Shown piece after piece: positions 29,889-40,077 of a stretch of 64,000 nucleotides of DNA; the first letter of the stretch is position 1; every line of letters starts with the position of its first letter. This DNA is from an uncultured archaeon (GTDB lineage Archaea > Asgardarchaeota > Thorarchaeia > Thorarchaeales > Thorarchaeaceae), in contig CAYWJO010000002.1 in NCBI GenBank assembly GCA_964458565.1, positions 32,001 through 96,000 on the forward strand, read 5' to 3'. The notes beneath the pieces were generated by a model that saw nothing but the letters and a program-made list of their open reading frames with translations, did no database searches and was not told where the DNA came from. The position numbers were made by a program, and so were the translations under genes.

Positions 29889-30001
29889 CTTAAGGCCTCC
29901 CTTCTCTTCAAATACTATGAATCTGAAATTGATATGTTCATTGGTAGGGGCTTATCTACAAAAGTTCATAGCCTTCCACTCAGAGGTGGTTACGAAGTAG
30001 A

Positions 30002-30565
30002 ATGACTGCACAAATTCCTGATGAATTTCGATATAATGGAGATATCTATTCACTGGTAGGGATTGATGGTGAGGGCCTATTCACACCTTTAGATTTTGGA
30101 ATGAATCCATACTCTACATGCACAGCATGTTGGCGGGGTTATGTGATGAAATACGACTGTGTCGATAATCAACTGCTTCTAGTTGGTATGGATGTCAACT
30201 CAAATGAGTCGCCTGATATTAATGGTGTACCACCTATCAAAGGAGCGAATTACTTCGCATATGGATACGTGGATTTGGGTCTGAAAACTCATTTCTCTGG
30301 GAGTCTATTACTTGCGAGAGACTTTATTCAGGAAATGTATGTACACATGGGTTTCCAAAGGCCTATGGCATACAAAGAAGTGTTAGAAATCACAATCAAG
30401 AGTGGTGATATAGTCGAAGTAAGAGATCTTTCAGAGGAGATGGAACAACGTCGTAAAATGGATTCATCAAAAGGCGCACAACCTAAATCACGCTCTGAAC
30501 CTGATGTTAAACAATGGATTGAGGACACATTTTCACTTGACTACAAATCAAATAATGAGGAATAA
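30002..30565 (+). CDS. Conserved hypothetical protein
   Basis: MTAQIPD and CTACWRGY motifs; GAGGTG upstream. Confidence 0.7.
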   Translation: MTAQIPDEFRYNGDIYSLVGIDGEGLFTPLDFGMNPYSTCTACWRGYVMKYDCVDNQLLLVGMDVNSNESPDINGVPPIKGANYFAYGYVDLGLKTHFSGSLLLARDFIQEMYVHMGFQRPMAYKEVLEITIKSGDIVEVRDLSEEMEQRRKMDSSKGAQPKSRSEPDVKQWIEDTFSLDYKSNNEE

Positions 30566-30777
30566 TGAAAATATGCGGGACGTATTCTCCTAGCGAAAGG
30601 AACTACATTTTCGAATAGTCGGCTCTTCATCTCTCATATAGCCAAATGAGATCACATAACAACCCCCCAAGAGAGTAACTATTTAGCTGGTGTAGCCATG
30701 GTGGCACTTGTATCAATATTCACTTATGGATTTATTTCATAAACTGAGGTTATACATGCTTTCAAATCATCGCGAAT

Positions 30778-31671
30778 ATGCTTATTTTCTTAGACACTGA
30801 TTCATATCTGAGGAGAATGTGTGCCTTGACTAATCGACAGTCCATTCATGGTGTATGGCTCATAGAACGTGGATCAGGTCGTAATCTAGTTGCAAGAGCC
30901 TATACCAATATTGATATCGATATGGACCTAATTGCTCCCTTCCTTTCGGCCACACACACATTTATTGATCAAGCCTCCAACGAGTCGCTAAAAACAATCG
31001 ATACTGAATATTCCCGATATGTCTGGGAAGCAAATGACGAGCTCATCTTTGTTATCGCTGTAACAAAAAGTGCAAGGATTGGTCATATGCGCTTCATGCT
31101 GAAATATGCTCTAGATGAATTCATGAGACGAGAAGTGCCCTCAAACTCCGACCTCACATCTCTACTAAGTGGGTGGCATGGCGCTCCGAACACATTCAAA
31201 CATTTTGGAAACTTCATTGATGAGTTAGTAACGCAGTATGAAGAAACGGATGAGAGTTTGTTAGCAGGTAAAACGATGGACTGCCTTGAAGTCTATAGTC
31301 ATCTATATAGAGCTATCCTGAAAGTAGATGTAGATAAGAAACTGCGAAAGAAAATGATGAAGGAGATAAAGAAGAAAGCAGATCGTCTGTCTGAAGAACA
31401 TCCATTGCTAAAGAACGTACCAATTGATGAACATGGCGTGGATGTGCTTACAATCGATGTGTACAAGCTGATGGATGGCACAGATTATAAAAACTTCAGA
31501 ATAGCTCTTGAAGAGTTATTACGTATAATTGCAGAGGTATCACGTGATATTGTTGATCGCGAAACCTACAGAGAGATGCTTTTCGAATTTGCAATGCCTT
31601 ATGTTAAACGCGATCTCGATCGTCTGCAGACTTACGCAATTCTCGATGATGTTGTACGGCATCTCTTCTAA
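30778..31671 (+). CDS. Longin-like domain protein with helical C-terminus
   Basis: IHGVWLIERGSGRNL...DLIAPFLSATHTF...LKTID...LIFVIAV pattern; true start probably 30817-30826. Confidence 0.65.
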   Translation: MLIFLDTDSYLRRMCALTNRQSIHGVWLIERGSGRNLVARAYTNIDIDMDLIAPFLSATHTFIDQASNESLKTIDTEYSRYVWEANDELIFVIAVTKSARIGHMRFMLKYALDEFMRREVPSNSDLTSLLSGWHGAPNTFKHFGNFIDELVTQYEETDESLLAGKTMDCLEVYSHLYRAILKVDVDKKLRKKMMKEIKKKADRLSEEHPLLKNVPIDEHGVDVLTIDVYKLMDGTDYKNFRIALEELLRIIAEVSRDIVDRETYREMLFEFAMPYVKRDLDRLQTYAILDDVVRHLF

Positions 31672-33011
31672 TACTTTGAAAGTGCGATGATTGATCGCTG
31701 GACGATTTGTCCTATTTTACGTTCTGGGAGTACCTTCCTATTCGGATTAAGAACCAATTTGGAATCTTTTGTTGTTGAGTGACTAATGTGATCTTTAGAT
31801 AGAAGTGGAAGAACTTCGAGATTCGTTTTCTTTAGTATCCTATCTATCTGAATTCCAAGCCGCCCCTCGTCTGATTTTATCTCAGGGAGTGTAAATGCAA
31901 CCCTTCCATTTTCTCTCAAAACTGAAGACACGCTTCGAAGTGTTTCATTGTAGAGCTTAGTGAGCTCTTTCAATGCACGGTCAACCTCAGCAACTGAAGG
32001 TGTTGATTTATAGATTGGTCCTAAATATGGTTCAAATGCAACTGCGTCAACTTCTCTCCCAATAAGTTCTGCTGACTGTCGAGCATCTCCCCTAATCAAA
32101 GAGAATTCTAGATGCGAATCAATATCTTTTGCTAACCAAAGAAGATTCTTTTCAGCTCCCTTGATTGCATTTCCATCAATATCAATTCCGATGACGCTCA
32201 TGTCCAGCATCGATGCCTCCATAAGGAGAGTGCCAGAACCACAGAAGGGATCCAGAATTGTATCTCCTCTTTTAGCTCCTGCGAGATTCAAAAGTGTTCG
32301 ACATATCTTGGGGCTTGTACTTGTTTCTGATGAGATGAATGGTCGCGATTCGTCTCTATATTGTTGAAGCTCAGAATCGTATACGACTATCGTTTTTGCT
32401 ATCTTCAATTCTGCTTCAGTAAGTGCTGCAATGATTTCTGAGTTGGGTGACCGTAATAGTCCATGTCGAGCGATTGTCTTAGGCCAAAGCGCAGTATTTT
32501 GTCTTGCAGGTCTTCTTCGATCCGGTTCTGAATATGCAACAAAAGACGCTTTTTGTGCTCCATTGGTCATTAGTTTCTTCTTTATCCATTCATCAAATCC
32601 TAATGTCATTCGCTTGAGGTCAATATTGGATTTTTCATCGATGACAGGATAGGTACTAACTCCAAATTTTATCTTCCTTCCCCTAACAGTTCTCCACACT
32701 CTATCAACCCACTCACACTCCTTCAAAGTGCTTCTATTCTCATTTCTGACTCGTCCCTTAGCTGGGAATGCTCCTTCAACGAGTGTTCGTGGATATGACA
32801 TGACAACCTTGCCTATTTTGAAGCATCCTCCCAATGATTCCTGGATATCAATAATATCTTCTACTTTCAACCTGTCCTCAATAGAAACAATCGCAACATT
32901 TCTTGTGTAATCTCTGAGTTCAAATTGAAGATTTAAATTTTGAAGGAGAACGAGAAGTTCTGCAATACTCAAAGTCCAATTTTTTCCTAATACGAATACA
33001 TAGTCTGTCAT
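31668..33011 (-). CDS. Trm11/TrmG10-like SAM-dependent RNA methyltransferase
   Basis: SPKICRTLLNL, ILDPFCGSGT, GIDID, EPYLGP. Confidence 0.8.
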   Translation of the reverse strand: MTDYVFVLGKNWTLSIAELLVLLQNLNLQFELRDYTRNVAIVSIEDRLKVEDIIDIQESLGGCFKIGKVVMSYPRTLVEGAFPAKGRVRNENRSTLKECEWVDRVWRTVRGRKIKFGVSTYPVIDEKSNIDLKRMTLGFDEWIKKKLMTNGAQKASFVAYSEPDRRRPARQNTALWPKTIARHGLLRSPNSEIIAALTEAELKIAKTIVVYDSELQQYRDESRPFISSETSTSPKICRTLLNLAGAKRGDTILDPFCGSGTLLMEASMLDMSVIGIDIDGNAIKGAEKNLLWLAKDIDSHLEFSLIRGDARQSAELIGREVDAVAFEPYLGPIYKSTPSVAEVDRALKELTKLYNETLRSVSSVLRENGRVAFTLPEIKSDEGRLGIQIDRILKKTNLEVLPLLSKDHISHSTTKDSKLVLNPNRKVLPERKIGQIVQRSIIALSKY

Positions 33012-33886
33012 GCTCTAGCCTTCTCTATCTCTTCATAGAGATATTTCATAAACAATGCCCCTTCCAATGGATTTGGGGATTCAGATATGAATGTAGGGTT
33101 GTATCCCATCTCACTGATAATTTCCATAAGCGGATGGAGGTTGGGACCCCATTCCATTCCAAGCGGTCTATGATTTTTCTCCCCCTTGTTTGTATACTCA
33201 ATTCCTGATGCATGAAAGTGCATGTTATCTGTGAATTCCTTCCCAAGACTATCTTCGAATCTATTTAGAACCTTGAGGTATGATTCTCTATCATCTCCAT
33301 TCCCGCCTTCCCTTGCGTAGAGATGAGCCCAATCGATTGTGGGTATAACTCTATCCAATCCACTACACAGGTTGATGAGTTCATCGATTGATCCAAATGC
33401 TCCTAATTTGCCAGCTATTTCCGGAGCTAAAACCACATCTCTAGTGTCAAAGTCAACTGCATCCCACACATCAACTAGTGCTGCCTTTACTAACTCATAT
33501 GCTTTTTCTGAGGACAAACCACTATATCCTCCTGCGTGAAATACGATTCTCTTTACTCCCATTTTAGGAGCAAATTGGATTGCTTTCAGGAGTCGTCCTT
33601 TGGATCGTTCTCTGATCTCAACATCTCTTGACATTAGACTGATGTAGTAGGCTGCGTGCATACTAAGGAGAATATCATTTTCAGCAGCGAGCTTCTTCAA
33701 TAGCTCAGACTTTTCTTCACTAATCCTAAGTCCATATACTGCAGCATACTCAAACGCATTGATACCCACTTCTTTGAAAATACTGAATACTCTCTTCAAA
33801 TTGCCCTTTGCTTCATCAGGATATCCTGCAGGACCGAATCTTATGATTGACAGAATTAATCCTCCAGTGTGAATATCCATGAGCAA
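33008..33886 (-). CDS. Endonuclease IV family AP endonuclease
   Basis: RFGPAG, HAAYYISL, VFHAG, PEIAGK..FG, IDWAH, HFH.SGI, ISESP; true start is probably near 33853. Confidence 0.9.
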   Translation of the reverse strand: MLMDIHTGGLILSIIRFGPAGYPDEAKGNLKRVFSIFKEVGINAFEYAAVYGLRISEEKSELLKKLAAENDILLSMHAAYYISLMSRDVEIRERSKGRLLKAIQFAPKMGVKRIVFHAGGYSGLSSEKAYELVKAALVDVWDAVDFDTRDVVLAPEIAGKLGAFGSIDELINLCSGLDRVIPTIDWAHLYAREGGNGDDRESYLKVLNRFEDSLGKEFTDNMHFHASGIEYTNKGEKNHRPLGMEWGPNLHPLMEIISEMGYNPTFISESPNPLEGALFMKYLYEEIEKARA

Positions 33887-34371
33887 TATGCATCATTTGG
33901 GTGACTATCTGGTGGACAAAAAACACAATCTGTTTTTATTCTAGAATCGATTGCTTTAGCGAATTCTTCATACTCTATACATCCTACAGGTTTGCAAGGA
34001 AAATCAGGCAGTCCTTTTCTATTTCTAGCTACTTGCACTCGGCACTCATGCATTGTAAAAATCAGGTCCTTCTCATTGGGTCTTTTTGTAGATTGTTTAT
34101 TCAATGTAGCGTATACTCTGAGGTTCAGCGCTCTTTCAAGTGAATCAAGTCCACCCTTTTCAGGAATACCAAATTCTTTCATAATTCTTTTTGCCTCTAT
34201 TGGAGAAAAGAGCCTCCATGCTTCTTTATCCATTTCAATGGCAGCCTCCATACCATACTTCTTCTCTATTGCGAGAAAATATGCGCCATCCATTGCCTGC
34301 CATGCCTTCGCATATGCATCTATTATTTTTAGGAGCATTTCCTTTGATAAGTCCTCAAACATTTCTGTCAC
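33856..34371 (-). CDS. DUF6125-like protein
   Basis: W.A.DG.YF, CRVQVAR.RKG..FPC, C..CPPD.HP..CSW.F. Confidence 0.75.
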   Translation of the reverse strand: MTEMFEDLSKEMLLKIIDAYAKAWQAMDGAYFLAIEKKYGMEAAIEMDKEAWRLFSPIEAKRIMKEFGIPEKGGLDSLERALNLRVYATLNKQSTKRPNEKDLIFTMHECRVQVARNRKGLPDFPCKPVGCIEYEEFAKAIDSRIKTDCVFCPPDSHPNDAYCSWIFTLED

Positions 34372-34467
34372 ACAAACTCATTTTGACCAAGCTCAATATG
34401 AGTGATTGGGTATTCGGAAGCTTTTTGACAAGAACTAATAGCTGAATATCTTGGGATTGGTTTTACC

Positions 34468-35415
34468 ATGAGCGATGCGGAGATTCAATCTACTACTTCC
34501 AGAAAAACAGATCCTAAAGCTTTCATTTCTATATTGCGCCCTCAGAATTGTGTCATTGGTGGATTAACAGTTATTTCAGGTATCGCTCTAGCCTATGGTG
34601 AGCTATACAGACAGTTACTAGAACTAGCGCCTCTATCTACCTACCTGTCTCTTTTCATCATCGGTTATGCTATCTATTTCCTTATAGCAGCGGGATCAAA
34701 TATTGTAAATGACATCTATGATATAGAGATTGACAAAATCAATCGTCCTCATAGAGCACTTCCTAGTGGGAGAATGACTATTCGTCAAGCATGGATATAC
34801 ACAGGTGTTCTAAGTCTAATCGCAGTTCTCCTATCATTCTTAATCGGGTTGATTTCTGTGGTCATTGTTATCGCCTTTGCAATAATCGGGTATAGTTACG
34901 CTGCGAAGGTAAAAACTCTTGGACTTGCGGGAAATTTCATGGTTGCGTTCTCATTTGCTTTTGGAGAGATATTTGGCTCATTCATTTACAGTGAAACATT
35001 CGGAGTACTAGTCATCCCTGTACCTACATGGTTATTCTTCGTAACTGCCTTCATGATTCTTCAAGCACGTGAAACCATAAAGGGTGCAGAGGATGTCGAA
35101 GGTGATGCTTTACGAGATGTAAGAACTATTGCTCGAATTTATGGTTATAGGGCTGCAGCTGGAGTTGCTGCTGTTTTGAATTTCATTGGGGTCATCTGTT
35201 ATGTACTGGTTTGGATTCTTAGCTATGCTGACTGGATACTGTGGCCTTTACTTCTCCTGGGGGCTATAGTTGTATCTGGAGCTGGATTGGCTCCTCTTTT
35301 AGGTCCAGATAAACCGAAAAATCTACTCCTTGGAAGTACTCTAGACAAGATTGGGGCTTTAGTAGGATTAATCGCATTTGTGGTTGTGCCATTGTATGGC
35401 GTAGTTTGGTTCTGA
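34468..35415 (+). CDS. Digeranylgeranylglyceryl phosphate synthase (UbiA family)
   Basis: LRPQN, NDIYDIEIDKINRPHRALPSG, RETIKGAEDVEGD. Confidence 0.9.
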   Translation: MSDAEIQSTTSRKTDPKAFISILRPQNCVIGGLTVISGIALAYGELYRQLLELAPLSTYLSLFIIGYAIYFLIAAGSNIVNDIYDIEIDKINRPHRALPSGRMTIRQAWIYTGVLSLIAVLLSFLIGLISVVIVIAFAIIGYSYAAKVKTLGLAGNFMVAFSFAFGEIFGSFIYSETFGVLVIPVPTWLFFVTAFMILQARETIKGAEDVEGDALRDVRTIARIYGYRAAAGVAAVLNFIGVICYVLVWILSYADWILWPLLLLGAIVVSGAGLAPLLGPDKPKNLLLGSTLDKIGALVGLIAFVVVPLYGVVWF

Positions 35416-35418
35416 CCG

Positions 35419-36231
35419 TCAATGAGCCTGCCAGAATGTCCATGTCAGGACAATCATTACTGCTAAAGATACCATAAACGCCCATAATGTGGATGTGTCA
35501 TGTGCTTCCCGTATTCCAAAAATCAGTAAAAATCCTACCCATAAGAACGAAGCAACTGTCATGTAATCAAGCGTAGTCCAAATCTCAGCTGCCCAAATAG
35601 TGTCGATTACTACTAACCAATCCCCTTGATTATTCACATCCATTGTAGGAAACGTAAAAAGAACCATCAGAATTGCAATAAGTCGGAACAAAATCAAGGG
35701 TATCATACTATATCCGACTATGGACATTGTCTGGTTCTTGTTACCTGTGCCACCTGTAATTTTGAATGCAATGTGCGCAAACGCACTTCCAACAATCAGG
35801 AAAATCATACCTATTAGTAGATTGGGTAGCATACTGATGAATCCAACCATGAAAAACGAAGCACTTGCATCTGTTGTGAGTATACTAACATCTGCAGTAG
35901 TACCTAGCGTGCGATTAACTATAACTGTAACAGTATATTTAGACGAGATTGATAGGAAAAATCCCATCATGATAAGCGCATTGATGATGATAATTATGAA
36001 TGGCCCTGCTTGATCAGGTCTCTGACCTATATCTCGATAAGTTGATGCAGGTCTTCGGATAACCCCCCACATTCTTTCACCTACTCCCATATGCCGGACA
36101 TCCGGGGCGTCAGGTCTCTTTAGCATTGGAAGTATTCGTTCAAGAGTTTCCTCTGCAATTTCTTCTCTGCAGATGGGACAGATTGTTGCATCTGCTGGTA
36201 CCGGTGAATCACAAAACTCACATCGACGCAC
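35419..36231 (-). CDS. Yip1-domain membrane protein with N-terminal zinc ribbon
   Basis: CEFC..CPIC; GVIRRP..TY; GGTG..TMSIVGYSMIP; LIFGIREAH; five TMs. Confidence 0.8.
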   Translation of the reverse strand: MRRCEFCDSPVPADATICPICREEIAEETLERILPMLKRPDAPDVRHMGVGERMWGVIRRPASTYRDIGQRPDQAGPFIIIIINALIMMGFFLSISSKYTVTVIVNRTLGTTADVSILTTDASASFFMVGFISMLPNLLIGMIFLIVGSAFAHIAFKITGGTGNKNQTMSIVGYSMIPLILFRLIAILMVLFTFPTMDVNNQGDWLVVIDTIWAAEIWTTLDYMTVASFLWVGFLLIFGIREAHDTSTLWAFMVSLAVMIVLTWTFWQAH

Positions 36232-36346
36232 GGTTATTACTATCCTCAGAGCTGCTTGTCAGAAATTAAACCCCCAAGCATATAGCGATTTCTCTGATTT
36301 CTAATATGGGGTCTCCCCCCTTTAAGTCCAACCGCAAGATACCTAG

Positions 36347-36937
36347 TTACCACATACCAAATTGTTCGAAAACACGTGTTGAATGAACCACAGTATAGGA
36401 TAACTCAGCTTCCAGAGCACTTTGTAATGCATTGAGTACAACTGTAACAAGGAAAATATCCATGAATGTTGCACTTGGAAAGAATAACGGTACAAGCATT
36501 AGATTGACTGGGACCATAATGCAGATTCTGATTATGTAACCAATCACTATCAATACAAAGTATGATGTCGGGTTTTCAAGATATACGCCGCCCAATCCCT
36601 GACTTCGTATTTTAGTACCGACCCATAGCATCACTATCATTGGAAGTGTTGCAAGGATTTTGAACATGGGTCCAATTCCAGTTGGGTCAAACGGAAGCAG
36701 TGCAATTGTGCCTATAACTGTGCTGAGAAGTCCTACCTCAAGTCCACCAAGCAGGAATGCAATAATCCAAAAAACAGAAACCGGATCGAAGATAGCGATT
36801 CCCCATGAATGTCTAGGCAAGAAAGATACGATGGGTGAAACTGCTACTGACAAAGCTGCCATTAATGCAGCAGTAGTGATTTTCTTTGCTAATACACCTG
36901 ATTTGGACTCACCCAATAGTTCTAAGTCCGAATCCAT
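36347..36937 (-). CDS. ECF transporter S-component-like membrane protein
   Basis: AALMAAL, FDPVSV..AFLLGG..G; start moved to ATG 36937. Confidence 0.7.
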   Translation of the reverse strand: MDSDLELLGESKSGVLAKKITTAALMAALSVAVSPIVSFLPRHSWGIAIFDPVSVFWIIAFLLGGLEVGLLSTVIGTIALLPFDPTGIGPMFKILATLPMIVMLWVGTKIRSQGLGGVYLENPTSYFVLIVIGYIIRICIMVPVNLMLVPLFFPSATFMDIFLVTVVLNALQSALEAELSYTVVHSTRVFEQFGMW

Positions 36938-37046
36938 TGAATGAGTATATTTACCTTCAATTACGCTCGCTGAATTTGAGGTACGTGACTTCCGCATGAT
37001 TCAAGAGCCAACCAAGCTCCCTTATGAATATTATGATAATGAGTAA

Positions 37047-37511
37047 TTACTCATCCGTGAGTAATCGCTGAACTGTTTCTGAAATCTGTGTAAGCCTGCT
37101 AGTCGTTCTATCTTCAAACATCCTCGGTCTATTTAGCATCTGGATTAACTTTCTAAGAGGGTCTATCAAATCAGGATTCAGGCGCCACTCTGCCCAATCC
37201 AATCCGGAAGCTAGTGAGGTTCGACTTAAAATGAGTCTGGTCGAAACCAGTTCATTGAGCCCGTTAAGAATGGTGCCTATAGTAACTGCTCCAACTATTT
37301 CTCTAACCTGACGTACACTTTTGAGAAGGTCTGCTGTAGTAACCCAACCTCCGTCCTCTATTAGGATTCGAAGTACTTTGGCTCGCACCGGATCTGATTC
37401 GATAATACCTTTTAGAGGTGCAAGATTCACTTGATTGAGTCTTCGTTTGTTAAGATGTTCATCTTGCCATGGTATTGTATCTGAACTACCTCGCAGTGCA
37501 CTGAAATCCAT
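37047..37511 (-). CDS. Hypothetical winged-helix-like protein
   Basis: DPVRAKVLRIL..GWVTTADL..EWRLNP pattern. Confidence 0.55.
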   Translation of the reverse strand: MDFSALRGSSDTIPWQDEHLNKRRLNQVNLAPLKGIIESDPVRAKVLRILIEDGGWVTTADLLKSVRQVREIVGAVTIGTILNGLNELVSTRLILSRTSLASGLDWAEWRLNPDLIDPLRKLIQMLNRPRMFEDRTTSRLTQISETVQRLLTDE

Positions 37512-37573
37512 TTTCTACTGACACCATGAAATTGTGTGGATTGTTTTCTTTTGAAAGGGAGTATTATCTCGTC

Positions 37574-37591
37574 TGTGCAACATTATGCACA
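37574..37591. promoter_or_regulatory. Palindromic operator candidate
   Basis: TGTGCA-N6-TGCACA immediately upstream of TTATAT, between divergent wHTH genes. Confidence 0.5.
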
Positions 37592-37624
37592 ACCATTATA
37601 TTCTAGTAGTTCGCATGATAATCT

Positions 37625-38002
37625 ATGAACGCACGAAATGCTTTGGAAAATCTTTTCAACAAGACATTTGAACGTCCATCAGATCTTCTTTGTTGTGCGT
37701 TCGGTCTGAAGAATCATGAAATCGATGCCTATTTCTCACTATTGCCTGGTCCAAGATCTGTTGAGGAGATAACTTCCATTGTAGGAGCTGATAGAAGCAC
37801 AGTTCAACGTGCTTTGAAGAAACTTTTAGATCTCAATCTTGTTATTAGGAAACGAAAGGAAATAGACAGAGGGGGATATTATTTCGAATACAGCGCGATC
37901 TCCGATGTAGCAATTCGGGATCAGATTCTTGAACAGCTTGATCTCTGGTATAAACGAACAAGAAGCTTTTTGTTGGAGAATTGGACGGCCGAAGTTGAAT
38001 AA
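37625..38002 (+). CDS. TrmB-like HTH regulator
   Basis: CCAFGL, DRSTVQRALKKL, GGYYFEY. Confidence 0.85.
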   Translation: MNARNALENLFNKTFERPSDLLCCAFGLKNHEIDAYFSLLPGPRSVEEITSIVGADRSTVQRALKKLLDLNLVIRKRKEIDRGGYYFEYSAISDVAIRDQILEQLDLWYKRTRSFLLENWTAEVE

Positions 38003-38016
38003 TCGGGGTCAATTAC

Positions 38017-38583
38017 GTGAGTCGTATACCATTAAAACTCAACAGTGTGACAATAACAACCCTTGCCATGATTGCCGCACTTGGTATTATAATCAGAATG
38101 ACCGTTAGAATCCCTCTTGTGCCGGAAGTAGTGGAAATAACTCCTGCATTCATGTTTTCTGAGCTCGGTGGTATTATCGGAGGTATTCCTGGGGGCCTTC
38201 TTGTTGGATTTATTGTCGGGTTTGGTGGAGCTATGGCAGGTGGCGAAGCATGGTTGCTTCCCCTGATTGGTAATGTTGCACTAGGAGTAGGAACCGGATT
38301 TGTTATCCATATAATATCAAATCGCGATTCCATTAAATACGCATTACTCACAATAATCGGTGGTGGGATAATTGGAGGTTTCCTAGCAACTCTTGGCATC
38401 ATGGTCTTTCTACTTGGTATCGAGTTCAACCTATCAGTTATACCCGCTCTAATCGATATGTATCAAGCACTTGCTTGGGCTGCCGTAGCACTTCTCGTAG
38501 ACTCCTTCATCATTAGACCTATTATGGGGCAGTATCTTTATCCGAGTGAAGATGAACTTCTACTATATACAGAGGGAGAATAA
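38017..38583 (+). CDS. ECF transporter S component
   Basis: AMIAAL (AxxxA), GIIGGIPGG, six TMs. Confidence 0.75.
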   Translation: MSRIPLKLNSVTITTLAMIAALGIIIRMTVRIPLVPEVVEITPAFMFSELGGIIGGIPGGLLVGFIVGFGGAMAGGEAWLLPLIGNVALGVGTGFVIHIISNRDSIKYALLTIIGGGIIGGFLATLGIMVFLLGIEFNLSVIPALIDMYQALAWAAVALLVDSFIIRPIMGQYLYPSEDELLLYTEGE

Positions 38584-38589
38584 AACAGA

Positions 38590-39246
38590 ATGAATGAAGG
38601 TCGAAAGACCGTAACCATTGACATCCGAAGAGACCTCTTTGGTGCCAATGAAGAGGTGGCTACTCTCAATGCTGAGATGTTTGCTAAGCATGGCGTCAAG
38701 GCTTTTGACATCATGGGGTCCGTAGGTACTGGAAAGACTCAGTTGATTGAGGTAATCTGTGAAAAAATCTCTCAGAAATATCGTGTACTGATGCTAGCAG
38801 GGGATTTGGTAACTACCATTGATGCTGATCGCGTTGCATCTCATGATGTTGATACAATTCAGATCAATACTAGTACTGCCTGTCATCTTGATGCGAGGAT
38901 GATCAGAGTTGCTTTGAGAGACGTGAATCTTTTCGATTATCAAGTTGTCTTCATTGAAAATGTTGGTAATCTAATATGTCCTGCTGGATACAATCTTGGT
39001 GTGGAGAAGAAAATTGTAGTTGTTAGTATCACTGAGGGGCCATATATGGTGAAGAAACATCCTCTCACAATCAAACATTCTGATTTAGTCGTGATTAACA
39101 AAATTGACCTCGCTGATGTGATTGGATTTGACATTGAAGCGCTTGTCAATGATGTAAAAGAAGTTGATGCTGAACTCCCTGTATTCAAAGTGAGTGCTAA
39201 GACAGGAGAGGGTGTTGATGATCTTATCGTAGGTCTTTCTCTCTAG
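38590..39246 (+). CDS. hypB: Hydrogenase nickel-incorporation GTPase HypB
   Basis: GSVGTGKT, CHLDA, ENVGNLICP, SITEG, NKID, SAKTG. Confidence 0.95.
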   Translation: MNEGRKTVTIDIRRDLFGANEEVATLNAEMFAKHGVKAFDIMGSVGTGKTQLIEVICEKISQKYRVLMLAGDLVTTIDADRVASHDVDTIQINTSTACHLDARMIRVALRDVNLFDYQVVFIENVGNLICPAGYNLGVEKKIVVVSITEGPYMVKKHPLTIKHSDLVVINKIDLADVIGFDIEALVNDVKEVDAELPVFKVSAKTGEGVDDLIVGLSL

Positions 39247-39914
39247 TTTGTCAGTTTCTCCTTCAAAATGCTGACAACTCCCTCTATGTGACCTGCACCT
39301 AATATTGCAACAATCTTACCTTCAACATCTCCCAATATGAAATATAGGGCTTCTGCGACATACACATCTCTTTGATGTATTAGAACATCGAATAGGCTTG
39401 GAAACTCTCTTTCGAATTCATCAATTATTTCGTCAATTGATCCTTCTTCCTTCAAGAAGCCCAATATATCAAATGACTCATCTTCAATATCACTACTTGT
39501 ACTTGTAATCATTGATGTCAACTTGTATATTTCGTCGAGTGGAACCTTTGTCATCGCCTGAATAGTTGCCGAGATTGGTCTATCTATGAGAGCAATCTTC
39601 GCACCAATCTCTCGACCTTCTTCTATGGCTGCTAACATTTCAGAACCGATGGCTGAGCCATGAATATTTCCTAGAGACCTCTCTAGAAGAGCAAGCTGTT
39701 GCATTAACCCCTGAACCGAATCCAACGGTTGCTTGGGTTCAACGTCATGTTCTGGTGACATTAGTTCCTCATATCTTTGATGATCTAATTCCACTGCAAC
39801 AACATCTGGTCTGATTTGTCTTACTGTTTTTCTCGCGTTTTCCACACTCTCGTTATCTGTATGAATCACAGGTACGAATATAATACGATTAAGGTCTTCT
39901 TCCAACAATATCAA
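39243..39914 (-). CDS. TraB/PrgY family protein
   Basis: PDVVAVELD..R, GSEM, LIDR, QRD, GAGH. Confidence 0.88.
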   Translation of the reverse strand: MILLEEDLNRIIFVPVIHTDNESVENARKTVRQIRPDVVAVELDHQRYEELMSPEHDVEPKQPLDSVQGLMQQLALLERSLGNIHGSAIGSEMLAAIEEGREIGAKIALIDRPISATIQAMTKVPLDEIYKLTSMITSTSSDIEDESFDILGFLKEEGSIDEIIDEFEREFPSLFDVLIHQRDVYVAEALYFILGDVEGKIVAILGAGHIEGVVSILKEKLTN

Positions 39915-40077
39915 ACCTGAAACAAGTATCTATTTCACTCTTTTTTCTCTTTTGTAAACGCTGCTATCTTTCCGCACTACTTCAGATATGTGTAAACTCA
40001 AGTTTCTGGCAGATGAGAAGCTTTTTCACTCTCCTAACGTGTACTACTATCAAGTATTCTCAGGATGTGGCAGTATA

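Noticed and set aside
30566-30745. Possible decayed small membrane gene (YLAGVAMVALVSIFTYGFIS)
   Set aside because: Too short and has no supported start.
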